Below are positions 38,905 through 53,100 of a stretch of DNA of 64,000 bases, piece by piece. A program made the translations under genes and the position numbers. Under the pieces are notes generated by a model that was not told the DNA's origin, searched no databases, and saw nothing but the letters and a program-made list of their open reading frames with translations. The DNA comes from Neoechinorhynchus agilis (taxonomy: Eukaryota > Animalia > Acanthocephala). The stretch covers positions 8,596,784 to 8,660,783 of the forward strand of contig CM121341.1 in assembly GCA_051530055.1 (NCBI GenBank). The letters run 5' to 3'. Position 1 is the stretch's first letter. Each line of letters opens with the position of its first letter.

Positions 38905-39394
38905 ATTAGATCTTAATTTCATTTATTTTCTCCTATCGACAAATAACAATGAATTATCTTTTCAACAGAAAACTACCAGAGAAAGCACATTGCGACGTAA
39001 GTTTCTTGGCTAAGATCACTCTTTCCACAGAATTCCTTATTTTGGTCTTAGATTTTATTGTAGCATTCAGTTTGATAGGCACTATGACCAATGATTATAG
39101 ATTGTTTTTTATGTTTTGAAGGCGTATTTTTCGCGCTTTCATCGAGATGGCGATATCTTTTGAGGACTTGTTTTGATCTATCGCGCCAATAATATTGTGA
39201 TTTGTTCCGTGCGAATGTGCATTGCGACGTATTTTTCGGTGCTAAGATAACTCTTTCGACGGAGTAGTCCTGAAGCGTTTCATAGAAGAGCCTTCGAAGT
39301 TTGCATCTTAAATTTTTTTTAACAAACGATCAAAACGCTTCTCAGATGTAACATCACAATTTATAGCACATTTTATTCCACTTTTAATGTAAGC

Positions 39395-39540
39395 ACAACA
39401 CCCGTGATCCCAATTCACTTCATCCTCTCTCAACATCGCACAATCCTCTACTTCGGCTCCCTTTTCCATGCTACCCATTCTTCTCAGATATCATGAACCG
39501 AAGGAAAGACCCAACCTAGCATACTATCCTGCACCAATAA
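39395..39540 (+). mobile_element. 3' end of an L2/CR1-like LINE
   Basis: HNTRDPN / ILSQHRTILYFGSLFHATHSSQIS*. Tail GAAAGACCCAACC shared with 29230-29403. Confidence 0.5.
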
Positions 39541-39678
39541 CCATAACTTTAATGTATTACGTGCTCGCTATTAATAACATACCTTACTTGTTAAGATATC
39601 ATTTAAATATAACCTTCAACTGAAACATTTTCTAATTTCGTTGTCTAAATTCGTCAGATTTTTCGAGCAGTCCTTTAG

Positions 39679-40275
<597 letters not shown>

Positions 40276-40849
40276 GTAAGAAGAGTAATGGACAAGTGAC
40301 CGCACTTGGGTGTATCGCAGAGGCGATTGACTCTGCATACTCGCGCGTGTGCATTTAAACGTTCATCATTGCGATTAGATAATAAATCATTTGTCGGTAT
40401 TACGATTTCATATTACGCAGAACTCTAAAAGTCCGTTTATTTCAAAATAATAGGACAGGGAACATCTGCTCTAGTTGTTTTTCTTCATTAATATTCTAAT
40501 AAAAATACCTGCTCGAATTGATGTTTCTAACACAGAGTTCACCGCATCGTTCACGTCGTAGAGTCAACCAATCGGTAGCAAATCAAAAAATCATCTTGCG
40601 CAAGTTTGAACTCTGCGCTTTCAGAAATGAAATTGAACAAAATGGACTTTGTTATCCATCGAACCGTATAAAACGCACCTGAGATAATTTTATTACAACA
40701 GAGTGAATGTTGGTAATTTGCTTCAAAGTGACACCCAGCACAAAGAGCATAAAATTATTACAGTCATCATGAAGACAACAATAAATTTGTCTGTGTTCAT
40801 TAAATTTTTGAAAATGAGACATTGCCGAAGTGTTATATAGTAAGGTATT

Positions 40850-41505
40850 TAATTGACACTTTTGCAGGCTTTTTGTGATGATAATGAAAAATCTTTATTT
40901 TCGAGCTTTCGCCACCTTAGGGCTCCCTCGGGCTGCGATGATCGGGAATGGATGTCCGGATTGTCCACATAAATTCGCATACACTTTGCCGAATCTTGAC
41001 GAAAACTTGATATCAATAAAGCGTCGTCGAACTGTCCGCCATCGTTCGTGATGTGTACGCACGCAAAAGGAAGTTCATGGACATAAATTACCGGAAAGAG
41101 TCGATTTGCACTAGAAGCAACGTGGTCTACGAGATAACCAGCGAATGACAATCGCAAGTTAATCTGGATGAGGAAATTTTAACGACCTTTGTGACAACAT
41201 GCGTCGACATTCGTTCGCAACTCACTGAATCCGGGCGAAAAATCATGGCCACAATAAGGGCAAGAAAAGTTCTTGATGCGAGTAAGGTTTGTGGCCCAGA
41301 TCCCGGTGGCACTACCAATCACCGAGGCACTACTTCTATCCAGAGCGGATTGAAGGGGATGGTGTTTCCGCAGACAATGCGAGGGAGAGTTCTGGACATG
41401 AGCAAGACACAGCCAAGAGCTGCTCAACAGACGGGACGAATTTTCCGATTCGGTGTCGCTATTATAAAACACTTCGCACCTCCACGCGCCTTTGTAGATT
41501 CCTGA
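40850..41505 (+). mobile_element. Possible 5' fragment of a CRE-like retroelement
   Basis: GC-richer insert that interrupts a duplicated block. CPDCPHKF Zn-finger-like segment and FPQTMRGRV...RIFRFGVAII. Weak similarity by eye only. Confidence 0.3.
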
Positions 41506-41774
41506 AGAAACCTTAAGACGGCGAAAGGTCCCAAATAAGTTTTTTTAATCATTAAAAAAGCAGCTCAAGCGTCAATGCAAACAAACATGATCGATCATCC
41601 AGCCTGAAAATTAAGTAGCATTCCACAAGATTCTAGTAAATAGATGGAATTGAGATAGCTTCCAAATAAGACCATAACATTAAGCAAACCGGTGATTTTA
41701 ACGATTCAATAAAAAAAAATAAGTTTTAAGGATTTGGACGGTTGGCCTAAGATACGAAAAGGAGCGGTACGACA

Positions 41775-42702
41775 CGAATTTAAACAAACGAACAACGATG
41801 TACATTTTCGAACGAATGCGTAAATACCACCATAAATACGGACGAACCCACAACGTTCAAGTCAAACAAAAACGATTCGAAAATGAAGAAGCGATACGAA
41901 AATGTGGACAAAAATTAGACAAAAAAACACAGATGAAAAAACTAAAATTGATGAAAACATAATCACGAAGATATACACGAACGGAAACGAACGAACAACG
42001 ATTTTCATGTTCGAACGAATGCACAAATAAAATTATGAACACGGACGAACCCATAACGTTGAAGTCAGCAAACAAAAAGATTCGAAAATAAAGAAGCGTT
42101 GCGAACATGTGAAAAAGATAAGACATAAATACAGATAAAACAACAAAAATGGATGAAAACACAATAGCGAAGATATACACGAAACAAAAAAACCACGATG
42201 TTCATGTTCGAAAGAATGCACAAATACAACTATAAATACGGACGAACCAATAAAGTTGAAGTCAACAAACTAAAAGATTCGAAAACTAAGAAGCGTTGCG
42301 AACATGTAAACAAAGATACGACATAAATGCAGATAAAACAACAGAAATGGATGAAAACACAATAGCGAAGATATACACGAACGGAAACGAACGAACAACG
42401 ATGTTCATGTTCGAAAGAATGCACAAATACAACTATTAATACGGACGAACCAATAAAGTTGAAGTCAACAAACAAAAAGATTCGAAAACTAAGAAGCGTT
42501 GCGAACATGTAAACAAAGATAGGACAAAAACACGGATGAAACAATCAACATTGATGAAAACATAATCACGATGATATACACGAAACAAAAAAACAGACAA
42601 CGATGTTCATGTTCGAAAGAATGCACAAATACAACTATAAATACATACGAACCCATAACGTCAAAGTCAACAAACAAAAAGGTTTGAAAATGAAGCGATG
42701 CG
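41775..42702. repeat. About 200-bp A/C-rich satellite, array 2 (left of the LINE)
   Basis: Same unit as 32.2-33.4 kb. 42230-42560 differs from 33044-33375 at about 3 positions. Confidence 0.93.
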
Positions 42703-45700
42703 CAGTCCCTAACCATTTTTCAGCCCCTAACTTTCTTTTACGATGATCCGACTTGATGTTACTGATTCTTGTCGGTCACGTAAAAGAAGCAGCTCCGGCG
42801 GCGAGACAGCTACTGATAGTAGCGTGTCAACGCGAGGTCCGTGTGCCGCTCCGTTTGGTGATGCGGCAGCGAACAGGAGCAACAAAATCCACCAGTGCAA
42901 CGGGAAAAAGCGAGGGCACCGTAGCTCTCGCTGACGACTTGAGCGTCGAAATGAGCGAAACTGTCGCCGGAGGCAGCGAAAGCGTCAGTTGAAGCTCATC
43001 ACCGTGGTGGGTACGGACTGTTCAGGCGGCGCTGACAGCCGTGAGCCCTTTCGCTTAGCTATTCCTAATAGAAGACTACGAATCGGGTCCTTGAATTGTA
43101 TATGTCTGCGAGCGCAATGGCGTAGGGGAACCCTGGCCAAATTGGCAAGGGACGCCAGAATGGATCTTGTGTTTTTACAAGAATTGCGCATAAGAGGCCA
43201 GTCAGACACAGACGTAAATCAGGAGTATTTAGGAGGAGGCTGGTCATTATCTTACCTATCTGCGGACAGTCGAGGAAATGGAGGTGTAGGCGTTTGTTTA
43301 TCACCCAGCCTCCGAAACTCAGCACTATGCAGTATTATAACTGACCGAATCCTTCGTGTCAGCATAAAGCTTCGGTCGAGAAATCTATATGCTTTTTGCG
43401 TATATTCACCGACCTCCCCGTCGAATGAAGAAGCAGTTGAAGGATTTTATGGAAATCTAGCCGAAGGATTCGATGATGTACCGAACTGAGACACCCTCCT
43501 AATAGCTACGACTTCAACGCGATTTTACCGCATTTCAAAAGATCGCTATATGTGTTGAAAGGCGAGAATCGGAACAGCCGGTACTTGGTTGAGGCGCTTG
43601 AGCGGCATGATCTCGTGTCTGCTAACACTTTATACCGGAAGCGTCAGTGGCGTTTGGCGACGTTTATGGGTCAAAAGAATCCGTCCAAACATGCCATGGG
43701 AAAAAATCCCAAGATACGCTTAGCTCAGCTTGACCATATATTGTTGAGACGCAGGGAAAAATGTCGGGTCAAAAACGCTGACACATTCACAGTTGATGGG
43801 CTGCCAACCGACCACAAGTTGGTTATGTGTCAGTTGAGCATGAGTGACTCGTTGTTCCGTACGCCTCAACATCCTCCACGTCCGTTCTATGGCGCCCTCG
43901 CTAATGAGGAGAAGAGGAAAGAGTTCGATATCGAACTAGAGAATAAACTGAGCTCGATGCCAGCTGCTGAAACGGATATTGATCTTTATTACAAGTCAAT
44001 CTGCGCGCAGTGACCGAAGCGGCCGAGAAAACCCTCCTAAAAATGGGGCGTATAAAAGCTGTAAAGGTTATATGGCAGGAGGACTGTGAATTTATGGCAA
44101 TGGCTGAGCAGATTAAAACTCTAAGAAAAAGAGGAAAACGATATGAGGCTCGCATTGCAAGTCTTGAACTTGCCAACGCCTATAATGAAAAGCAGAAAGC
44201 TTCGATGGAAGATGCAGTTCGCGGGATCGCATATAAGGAAGGTTTTGTTCGTACCTCCTTAGCATGGAGAGCGATAAACACTCTCACAGGAAGATCCCAA
44301 AGACAGCCAACTTTGATTGAAGGTCCCTCCCCGGAAATCAGAAAAAAGAGAATCGCAAATTATTTCGCGGAAATTCTCAATTCACCATTATCGTCCTTGG
44401 AAGTGAGCCCTGCACTTCCGAAATTCATAATCGTCCCAAGCACTGAGGCATACTTCACTGGACCGATTTCCGTGAAGGAAGCGATCGCTGCGGCGAAAAT
44501 GATGCGTGCGGGACGTGCATCAGGCCCAGATGGGATAATGGCAGAGGTACTGATGTTTGAATCTATTGCCGGAAAGATCATAGCGATAACGAATGGCATA
44601 ATGAATGATGGCTCAGTACCCCAAATCTGGCAAACGGCGCATTTAACAATGATCCCCAAGAAATGCCGCTCGACAAAGGTGGAGGACTACAGAGATATAT
44701 CCTTGATGTCCAACACGGCAAAACTTTTCAGCAGCATTTTGAGACGCCGAATTCAGCCAATCCTCGAACCGTTTTTAAGAATTGAATCGAATGGCTTCAG
44801 GAAAGGTCGAGGCACCACAGAGCACATATTGGCTTTGAGGAGGATCCTCGAGGAGGCACGAATTCATCAAACGGATGTGACACTGGTATTTGTTGATTTC
44901 CGTCGAGCTGTCAATTCGGTAAATCGAACGATGATTGGAGGTATCTTAAAGGAGTACAGAGTGCCGCCGATCATTGTCACATCCGTTATGGCATTATATA
45001 AAAACACAAGGTCCGCCGTAAAGACAGCTGACGGTTTGACAGAATACTTTTTCACAACTTCAGGTGTTCTGCAGGGCGACATATTGGCTCCTTTCCTCTT
45101 CATCTTGGTGCTTGATTGGGTAATGAGATGGGCACTACCGAATGATGAAGATGGATTTCTTCTGTTGAGGAAAAGAGGTCGTAGGTATCCTGAGATACGC
45201 GCCTCCTACATGGCATATGCCGACGACACCGTATTGATGTCCTCAACAGTCGAAGGAGCTCAACGCATCCTAAATAGACTGTGCGAGAGGGCGAGTATGA
45301 TTGGTATGACCAACAACTCGAAAAAGACGGAATTCTTGACGATTCCGCATGTCGCGCATACAGTCTCTGGCGAAGGGCCGAATGGCGTTGAGCAATTAAA
45401 ACAGATAGAGCGGTATGTCTATCTGGGAGCTGTCGTTCCTGAGGTGAGTGCGGATGTCAGCCGACGGAGAGCTATAGCTTGGAGGGCAATGGGGCAGCTT
45501 AAACCACTGTTTGACAGTGAGTCTTTACCAGACTCAGGACTCTAATTGAGAGCATTCTCTACTACAATGCAGAGACCTGGACACTGTCACCAACGGCGAC
45601 GAGGCAGCTGGACCAAAATCATTCATCTCTCTTACGTGCGGCGTTCAAGGTCAGATGGTCAGATGATCAGATAAAGTGAACAACAATGCACTGTATAAGA

Positions 45701-46012
45701 GAGCCGGAGTCCAACCGCCCAGTGAATATTTGCGCCGCAGACGACTGCAGTTCACGGGCAATATAATTCGGTCTGAGGTATCTAGCCCACAGGTCGTGCA
45801 ACAGTTCCTTTTCTGGAAGCCAACGACATTGTATCGTAAAGGCAAAGGGAACTGTCGTACATACGATGACCTGATTTTAAGAGACGCGAATTGCCCGCAT
45901 AACAGCGCTGCTGTCGTGTATTTTAGACCCCTTGCGGAGTCTAATTCTATTTGACGGGCTTATACCTATTGTGCAACGTAGGAAAGTACCGTTGCATACA
46001 ATACAATACAAT
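42703..46012 (+). mobile_element. Near-full-length RTE-like LINE (APE endonuclease + RT), disrupted by stops and frameshifts
   Basis: APE: LRIGSLNC..DLVFLQELR..GVGVCL..CVYSPT..QLDHILL..TDHKLV. RT: MIPKK..YRDISL..GFRKGR..FVDFRRA..GVLQGDILAPFLF..YADD. 3' hairpin TGCAACG..CGTTGCA (45972-45996) and (TACAA)n tail. Confidence 0.93.
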
Positions 46013-47100
46013 GTAGACAAAGATAAGACAAAAACACATATAAAAAAACCAAAACCAATGAAAACAAAATCACGCAGATATACACGAAACAAAAAACAAC
46101 GATATTCATGTTCGAACGAATGCCCAAATACAACTATAAATACGGACGCAGCTATAACGTTGAAGTCAACAAACAAAAAGATTCGAAGATGAAGAAGCGA
46201 TGCGAACATGTAAACAAAAATAAGACAAAAACACAGATAAAACAACAAGAATTGATGAAAACATAATCACGCAGATATACACGAAACAAAAACAACGATT
46301 TTCATGTTAGAACGAATGCACAAATGAAACTATAAACACGGACGAACCCATAACGTTGAAGTCAGCAAACAAAAAATCCGAAAATGAAGAAGCGATACGA
46401 ACATGTGAACAAAGATAAGACATAAATACAGATAAAACAACAAAAATGGATCAAAACATAATCACGAAGATATACACGAAACAAAAAAACAACGATGTCC
46501 ATGCTCGAACGAATGTACAAATACAACTATAAACACGAGCGAACCCATAACGTTGAAGTCAACAAACAAAAAAAGTTCGAAAATGAAGAAGCGTTGCGAA
46601 CATGTAAACAAAGATAAGACATAAATGCAGATAAAACCACAAAAATTGATGAATACATAATCACGCAGATATACACCAAACAAAAAAACAGACGACGATG
46701 TACATTTTCGAAAGAATGCACGAATATAACTATAAATACGGACGAATGCATAACGTTGAAGTCAGCAAACAAAAAATCCGAAAATGAAGAAGCGTTGCGA
46801 ACATGTAAAAAAGATAAGACATAAATACAGATAAAACAACAAAAATGAATGAAAACATAATCACGAAGATATACACGAAACAAAAACAACAACGATATTC
46901 ATGTTCGAACGAATGCACAAATACAACTATAAATACGGACGAACCCATAAAGTTGTAGTCAACAAACAAAAAAGATTCGAAAATGAAGAAGCGATGCGAA
47001 CATGTAAACAAAGATAAGACAAAAACACAGATAAAACAACAAAAATGGATGAAAACATAATCACGCAGAAATACACGAATGAAAACGAAAGAACGAGGAA
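46010..47100. repeat. About 200-bp A/C-rich satellite, array 2 (right of the LINE)
   Basis: The unit resumes at ATGTAGACAAAGATAAG in register with the break at ...GCGATGCG (42702). Confidence 0.93.
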
Positions 47101-47206
47101 CGAATAACACGTGAAATGCAGACTGCGATGCACGCTCATTAAAAGTTTTATCGGTTTAGTCGATCATTAATGTAGTGTTTCGAATCTATATCTCATATTC
47201 ATCGCT

Positions 47207-48584
47207 TCACAAAAGCACAATCCCGATCTAAAGGAAGGTCTTAACGTATTCGTCGCGACAAACATGTTACCTTATCGTTTCTGATGAAATCTGTTTGCCA
47301 GTTGTACAAATAATATTGGAGAGTGCCGTCACCCAGTCCGAATTTCAGTTCTTTAAGGGTGGCACCATTATCCATAAGGTCGAGTGCATTGAATACATCG
47401 CAACCCAGGGCTTTTGCGGTTATAAGACAATCTTTAATGAGAGCCAGCAAAGGTGTTTTGGTTGTTGCACTATAATACAGATAAGCAGCCACAAGTGATC
47501 GATTGACAGGATTATTGATGTGTTGTACTACTGTGGATGAAAGAATATAAAATGAGCAAAAATCCGTCAATTGTTTATCATCTTGTTCCACAACAAACGA
47601 ATAAACCACTCCGTCCTGACTACTGAAAATATGTTCGAACTCATCAAAAGTAAAGAGTTGAACAATGTCGTATCGATTTAGATGATTGTTGAGTAGTTCA
47701 AATACTTCCCTGTGATCGTTTTTCCGCATTTCTCTGAAGCCATGAGTTTGTGTTTCAGTTGGAAGCCTCAAGAGTTTCGTTAGACGCTGAACGGTCATTT
47801 TCGGATTTAAGTAAGTAAACTTTACATCGAGGAGCTTTTTGACATTCAGCGATCGATGATAATAACTACTTCTTCCAATAACTCCGGGTAAAACTGTTCC
47901 GCTCGTGTAGACCGCTTGAAACCGTCCTTTAACATTAACACGACGAGTGATCTCTTTAATTAGCACAGGAGCAAGTCTCTTTGATCTAAGCTTCTTATGA
48001 ACACAAAGGAAATTGATTTCGACGGTATCAATCGATTTATCCCGTACACGTATTCCAGCAGGAATCGCACCGATAAATCCGACCAATTTATGGCTTTTTG
48101 TAACACGAACACCCACATGCCAGTTAGCAACAAACTCTGGAGGGCATAATGCCCAACGTAGAAACTGTCTGCTATAATCAAATCTGAACATATTGTCATC
48201 ATCTTCAACGTAGTTTTCGTTCAAAAGAGTATACAGTTCGGAAAGATTGTCTTCGTTGTTGAGGTCAAGGTCATCCCATTCAAATCCATCTACTAAGTTA
48301 TAAGGCTCTTTCCGGATCTCCTCGATGGTCATCTCTTTAATCGGGCCATTGACATTGCGTACAGAATTTCTCGCGTTATCTTGTACGACTGGCTGAGTTG
48401 ACCAGAATCGACCGGAACCGGTTGCTTTTGATCCATCACTTACATTCATCTCTTTTATAAGTTTGAAAATGTCATTTGAATATCCACCGGCGTTTTTGCG
48501 AAACGTCTGAGGTGTTGACTCCTCTGACCCTGCGGATAAATCATTCCCGACGCTTCCTTCCACTCCCTGACCCTCCTGCGACAT
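47207..48584 (-). CDS. NMT: Glycylpeptide N-tetradecanoyltransferase, 2 exons (intron 47228-47270)
   Basis: FWSTQPV, ELYTLLNENYVEDDDNMFRFDYS, EINFLCVHKKLRSKRLAPVLIKEITRR, DVFNALDLMDN, GDGTLQYYLYNW. A 43-nt GT-AG intron gives the C-terminal DK/IGIVLL*. Confidence 0.96.
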
Positions 48585-48900
48585 CTCTGAAAATGTTTCG
48601 AGGCTTGAAACAACAATGGCTATCCTGTTTCAAAAACGAAAGAATTCATAAAACTCCTTGACAGCGTTCTGTCTATTTTGCGACATTGTTGGAAAAAAAA
48701 GAACAATGGGAGAGTTGCGCTGTGTCTAGGGCATGAATTCGCGTAACTTTTTGTCCGTTCGCTTGATTGTGGCGTGTAAGAGAGTAACTTGTAATGTTGA
48801 ATAATGTTGATGACGTCGATTTGATCTTCTCTGAAACTGTTAATTAAAATGAGTTGATCCTCGTCTCATACATTCAGATCACTGTTGCTTTTTTCTTTAG

Positions 48901-49046
48901 TTGTCGATAGGAGAAAATAAATGAGGATATTTCGGTCTACACTATCTCGGATCTTCTTCAGCGATTGCTTGAAAACAATCGCTGAAGAAGATCCGAGATA
49001 GTGGATCCAATAAATTCTTAATTTCATTTATCTCTCCTATCGACAA
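48901..49046. repeat. Fold-back inverted repeat 1
   Basis: Perfect 28-bp arms at 48940-48967 and 48976-49003 with an 8-nt spacer, extending imperfectly to 48901 and 49046. Confidence 0.9.
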
Positions 49047-49366
49047 ATAACAATGAATTATCTTTTCAACACTTAAATTAGTCATCATCATTGAAGCTCC
49101 TTATTGCAACCAATCAGGTCGTAACAGTGATATTTTCAGCCAAAAAAACCATGTTCAGACGAAAGCTATCTTTTTTTCATTAAAAGTTAAGTTCCTTTCG
49201 AAGGATAATAATCGCACACATCGCGAAATATCCCAAAATATAAAGTGCTGATCGTGTTCCTTGAGTCCACCGATATCTCGGATCATGAAAACTCATTAGA
49301 TCACACTTTATACCCTTCCGGATGTGTCTTTGATTTCAATTGGGGGGGAATTCCAATTTATTGATA

Positions 49367-49486
49367 GTTGCAACCTTATTAACCTCCCCGATGACTGATT
49401 TATTTGTACGAATTTTCGTACCTGCATGCAGACCTCTTCAGGTATACAAATAAATCAGTCATCGGGGAGGTTAATAAGGTTGCAAC
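49367..49486. repeat. Fold-back inverted repeat 2
   Basis: Perfect 42-bp arms at 49367-49408 and 49445-49486 with a 36-nt spacer. Confidence 0.92.
49404..49448 (-). ncRNA. Candidate minimal type I hammerhead ribozyme
   Basis: TTTGTATAC-CTGAAGA-GGTCTGCATGCAGGTAC-GAAA-ATT-C-GTACAAA. Intact core, stem II hairpin, palindromic AAUU stem III, UUC cleavage triplet and stem I TAC/GTA. Confidence 0.55.
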
Positions 49487-49574
49487 CGTCAATAAACCCT
49501 TCCGGATCCTCAGATCCCGAGGAGGAGGCGGAACTTATCTTCATCAGATTGTAAAATGAACCGATAACATAGCT

Positions 49575-49790
49575 TTTATAATCCTCTTGTGGCGATTCAC
49601 ACCCCGAGAGTCAGTTTTTGTAATATTTCGTGGGCCAAACCTTTTCAAACATTGTCATTGCTTGTAAGTTTTTATATGCTCGAGTTCAATATTTAAAAAC
49701 TTACAAGCAATGTTTGAAAAGTGGGTATGGCCCACGAAATATTACAAAAACTGGTTCTCGGGACGTGAATCGCCACAAGAGGATTCCGAA
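49575..49790. repeat. Fold-back inverted repeat 3 (about 100-bp imperfect arms)
   Basis: AATCCTCTTGTGGCGATTCAC...GTTTTTGTAATATTTCGTGGGCC...TTGCTTGTAAGTTTTT is mirrored at 49690-49790. Confidence 0.88.
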
Positions 49791-50199
49791 TGTTATCATG
49801 AAGGATATAGCTTTTATACTAAAAACTTACAAACGTCCTACTCGTTTTTCTTTTTTAAACGGTACACGCAAATGATGAGAACGATTGGCATGTACCAACC
49901 CTACAAACTCTCCTGCAAACACTGATCACCAACATTCCCAAACCCTTGAAGGACTTCACCCGACCTCACCAAATCCGCATTCCATGGATTCAATCGAATC
50001 ATCATCACCACAAAAAACAATACCACAAAGAAGACCCAAAAAAGGCACATGGGTCCCATTCTTGTTTACTAACAAAAGGATCATTAACAAAAAAATCATT
50101 TTACACTAGGTGGTTTTCCATGTTTTTTTACAAATATTCTGGGAAAGGACTTGTTTGTAAAAATGTTTGAGGATTCCAAAATCGAATTTGCGGATATCT

Positions 50200-53100
50200 C
50201 CAAAAAACCATGCTTTACTCGTGGCAGGATCCCAAGATTTAATCGACAAATACGATGGTAGGGTAGTGGGATTCATGGCTTACGCTATCAGATTCTCTTT
50301 TCCAAAAAAAGAATACCCTTCACGACTACATTCGTACCCAGTGTAATAAGTGCTGCCGATGGGGTTATGTCGCTTTTTCGTGCAAAAATGCAACCAAATG
50401 TATCAAATGGAGCGAGCTGTGCAAAGAATCGTGAAGCTTTCAGAAGGTTTTGTTCGGAAGCGATTAATTACTGGGAATCGGCCACGGAAAAAATCCTAGT
50501 CATATAATCAATGGTTTTCTCCTAGAAGGCATTCTACATCCGCAGGGTGCTATAATTGTAAACTGGATATTTTGATGGAGCAAATGAACAATATGCAAAA
50601 ACAAATCAAGTCGTCTGATCTTTCCACAGCCTGCGAGGAAGATTCATTAGAAGGTATTGATAGAAAGTTACGTTTGGAGAAAGATTCCGCACTAAGTAAC
50701 CGTAAGAGCTCTAATAGATGGAAGAGCTGGAGGAAAAAAGAAGATTTGATTGAGGGTAGAAAAACCATAACTATTTATAACACCATTATGGTTGCTAACC
50801 ATTTAATAATGGGTACTTTGGTATTATATCGACCACTCCTCAGTTCGTGCTTTGTTTTTGTATAGCGACAGTGTGTGAAAACTAGGAAGTGGTCGATATA
50901 ACACCCTAGTACCTGATAATGATATAATAAATAAAACTAAAGATGCCTGCTTGGTTTTTGCAGGAAAAAGGGGTATAACATACTTATTGACAACACTAAA
51001 TTTGTTTTTGCTTTAAGCTGGAACCTTTATGAAATGATGACCAAACCTCAGCTATTGGTTTCTCTGGAATCTTTTATTGACAGGTGCCTGAATCCGAAGC
51101 TGCTCTAACAAGTTAAAAAGGGAACAATTCGCCATTCAAATATGTTCAATTGTAGATATCAGCTCTGGCTGTGGTAGATGAATTGTGGGCAACATTCGAA
51201 TATTTAAAAACTTTTTTGAGAAAGATTTTTTTAATTAATGGTGTTTCTCGGGGTTTTACAATAATAAAGCACAAAACGTGCAATCACCACCGTCCGCAAA
51301 ATCTTAGCTTCTCTCCTTCCTACTGCGAGCAAGATATTTTGTCGCAGGAATACACCTGCTCGTGCGTCGCCGGTCTATCAATTTCTTCGAGAGATCCTGG
51401 AGCAGAGTGTCGAGCTGCCAAGCGCTCCACTACTCCGAAGGGGATAAAATAGGGGGTCCTTGCTAATTGTCTATATTTTCGTACCTTCCTCCCTTCCGCT
51501 GCACCTCCAGCGATCGATTCAATCGGTCGAAATATACATTCGTCTTTAACGATCTCCCTCGAGAATCGACAAACGACCAAGACAATAACATATCCCGCCA
51601 CCCGAATGCAATCCTCAACCTATTTATATATTCCCTCGTAAGGTGGGATGGTTCAAAGCTGACAGGATTAACTGGCTCCGGGAGTAGTCCTCAGATGTGT
51701 GGGATTTCAATTGAAACAGTTTAGCCATGTTTAAAGATGGGCTAGATGATTATATCTTATACACATCTCCATTTCAAACTTTTCATCGCCTCGGTAGGAA
51801 AAATGATTCGTATATTGACGGAGTAATTTTTAAGAGGGACATTAACTTGAACCTATATATCACGGGTCAATTATTTTACCAAGGAAAAATGGGACACGAT
51901 TTAATTATTTTGGAAATGGGAACAATTAATTTAAAGGCAAAAGTCAATATGAACGCATCAAGCATTGCCTTATTTAATGACAGAATCAGGGGGAGCTTGG
52001 AGGAAGTTTAAGATCTATCCCCATCAGGTTTCAATCAAATCATAAAATGAGGGGCCCACCAAAATCGACAAAAATTTCTAGAGCAGCGGTCATTGAAGAC
52101 TTTAAAGGGAATACTCAGGAGGCTAAGAGTTTGATGGGTTTCTTCTATACCGAATTACACCACGCTCGAGATCGACTGGCCTTAAAGGTGCTTATAAATA
52201 TGCCAATTTTTTTGGGCACGTCTACTTAGGAGGCTAACGCAGTCTTGGATAATCAATGCAACCAAGTAGATTGGCAACGCCTCCTATTTTAAAGGATTGA
52301 AGGAAATTGTCGCAAATAATATGTTTAATGCCTCAACCAATCCTTTGTATACCGGGATACTAAAAGAAAGTGTTAAATGGGGTTTGTGGAAAGAACACTT
52401 AGACAAAGTCTGGAAATCTGGTGGCTCCTTGACGTCCAACTCAATTGCCTTATCACTAGGGTTTTGGAGTTAATATCTGAGACAAATAAACAAATGTTCA
52501 CAATCGCTTTTATGACTAAACTATCATTTATTGATTTACTCAAAATTAACGTCATAAGGTAGGTCATTATTCCGAAACCAAGTAAAAGAGCGATTTCTTT
52601 CCCTAATGATGTGTGTCGCATCGCGATCCAGAACCCAATAATCTCATACCTTGAGAGGATCACAAATAGTCGTTTAAAATCCTTCTGACAAAGAATTCCG
52701 AGTTTCTTATCATGGCTTTGTGCCAGGGAGAGGTGTTAACTCCCTAATCTCTTGCTTGAATGATCTAAATAGTCAGGTTCGGGGATGTAACAAACTGCTC
52801 TTGCAATTAGACATAAAAAAAGCTTTCGATTTTATCGATAGATCTTATGTCTTTAGAGCTACGATGAAAATCCCGAATTACATCCTGAATAAAATCATTT
52901 TATTATTAGAGAAAAAATCATATTCTATAGAATCGAACAGAGGAAAGAGATTCTTTTCTAAATATGGCATCCCTCACCTACCTTTTTCCTGATTGGGCGG
53001 ATGATCTATTTGTCTTGGTACATACAAAAACCACTAAATCACTGATTAACACGACCAAGAACTTAATGCAGCAGCTGAATATCTTGCGGTTAGCAAACTT

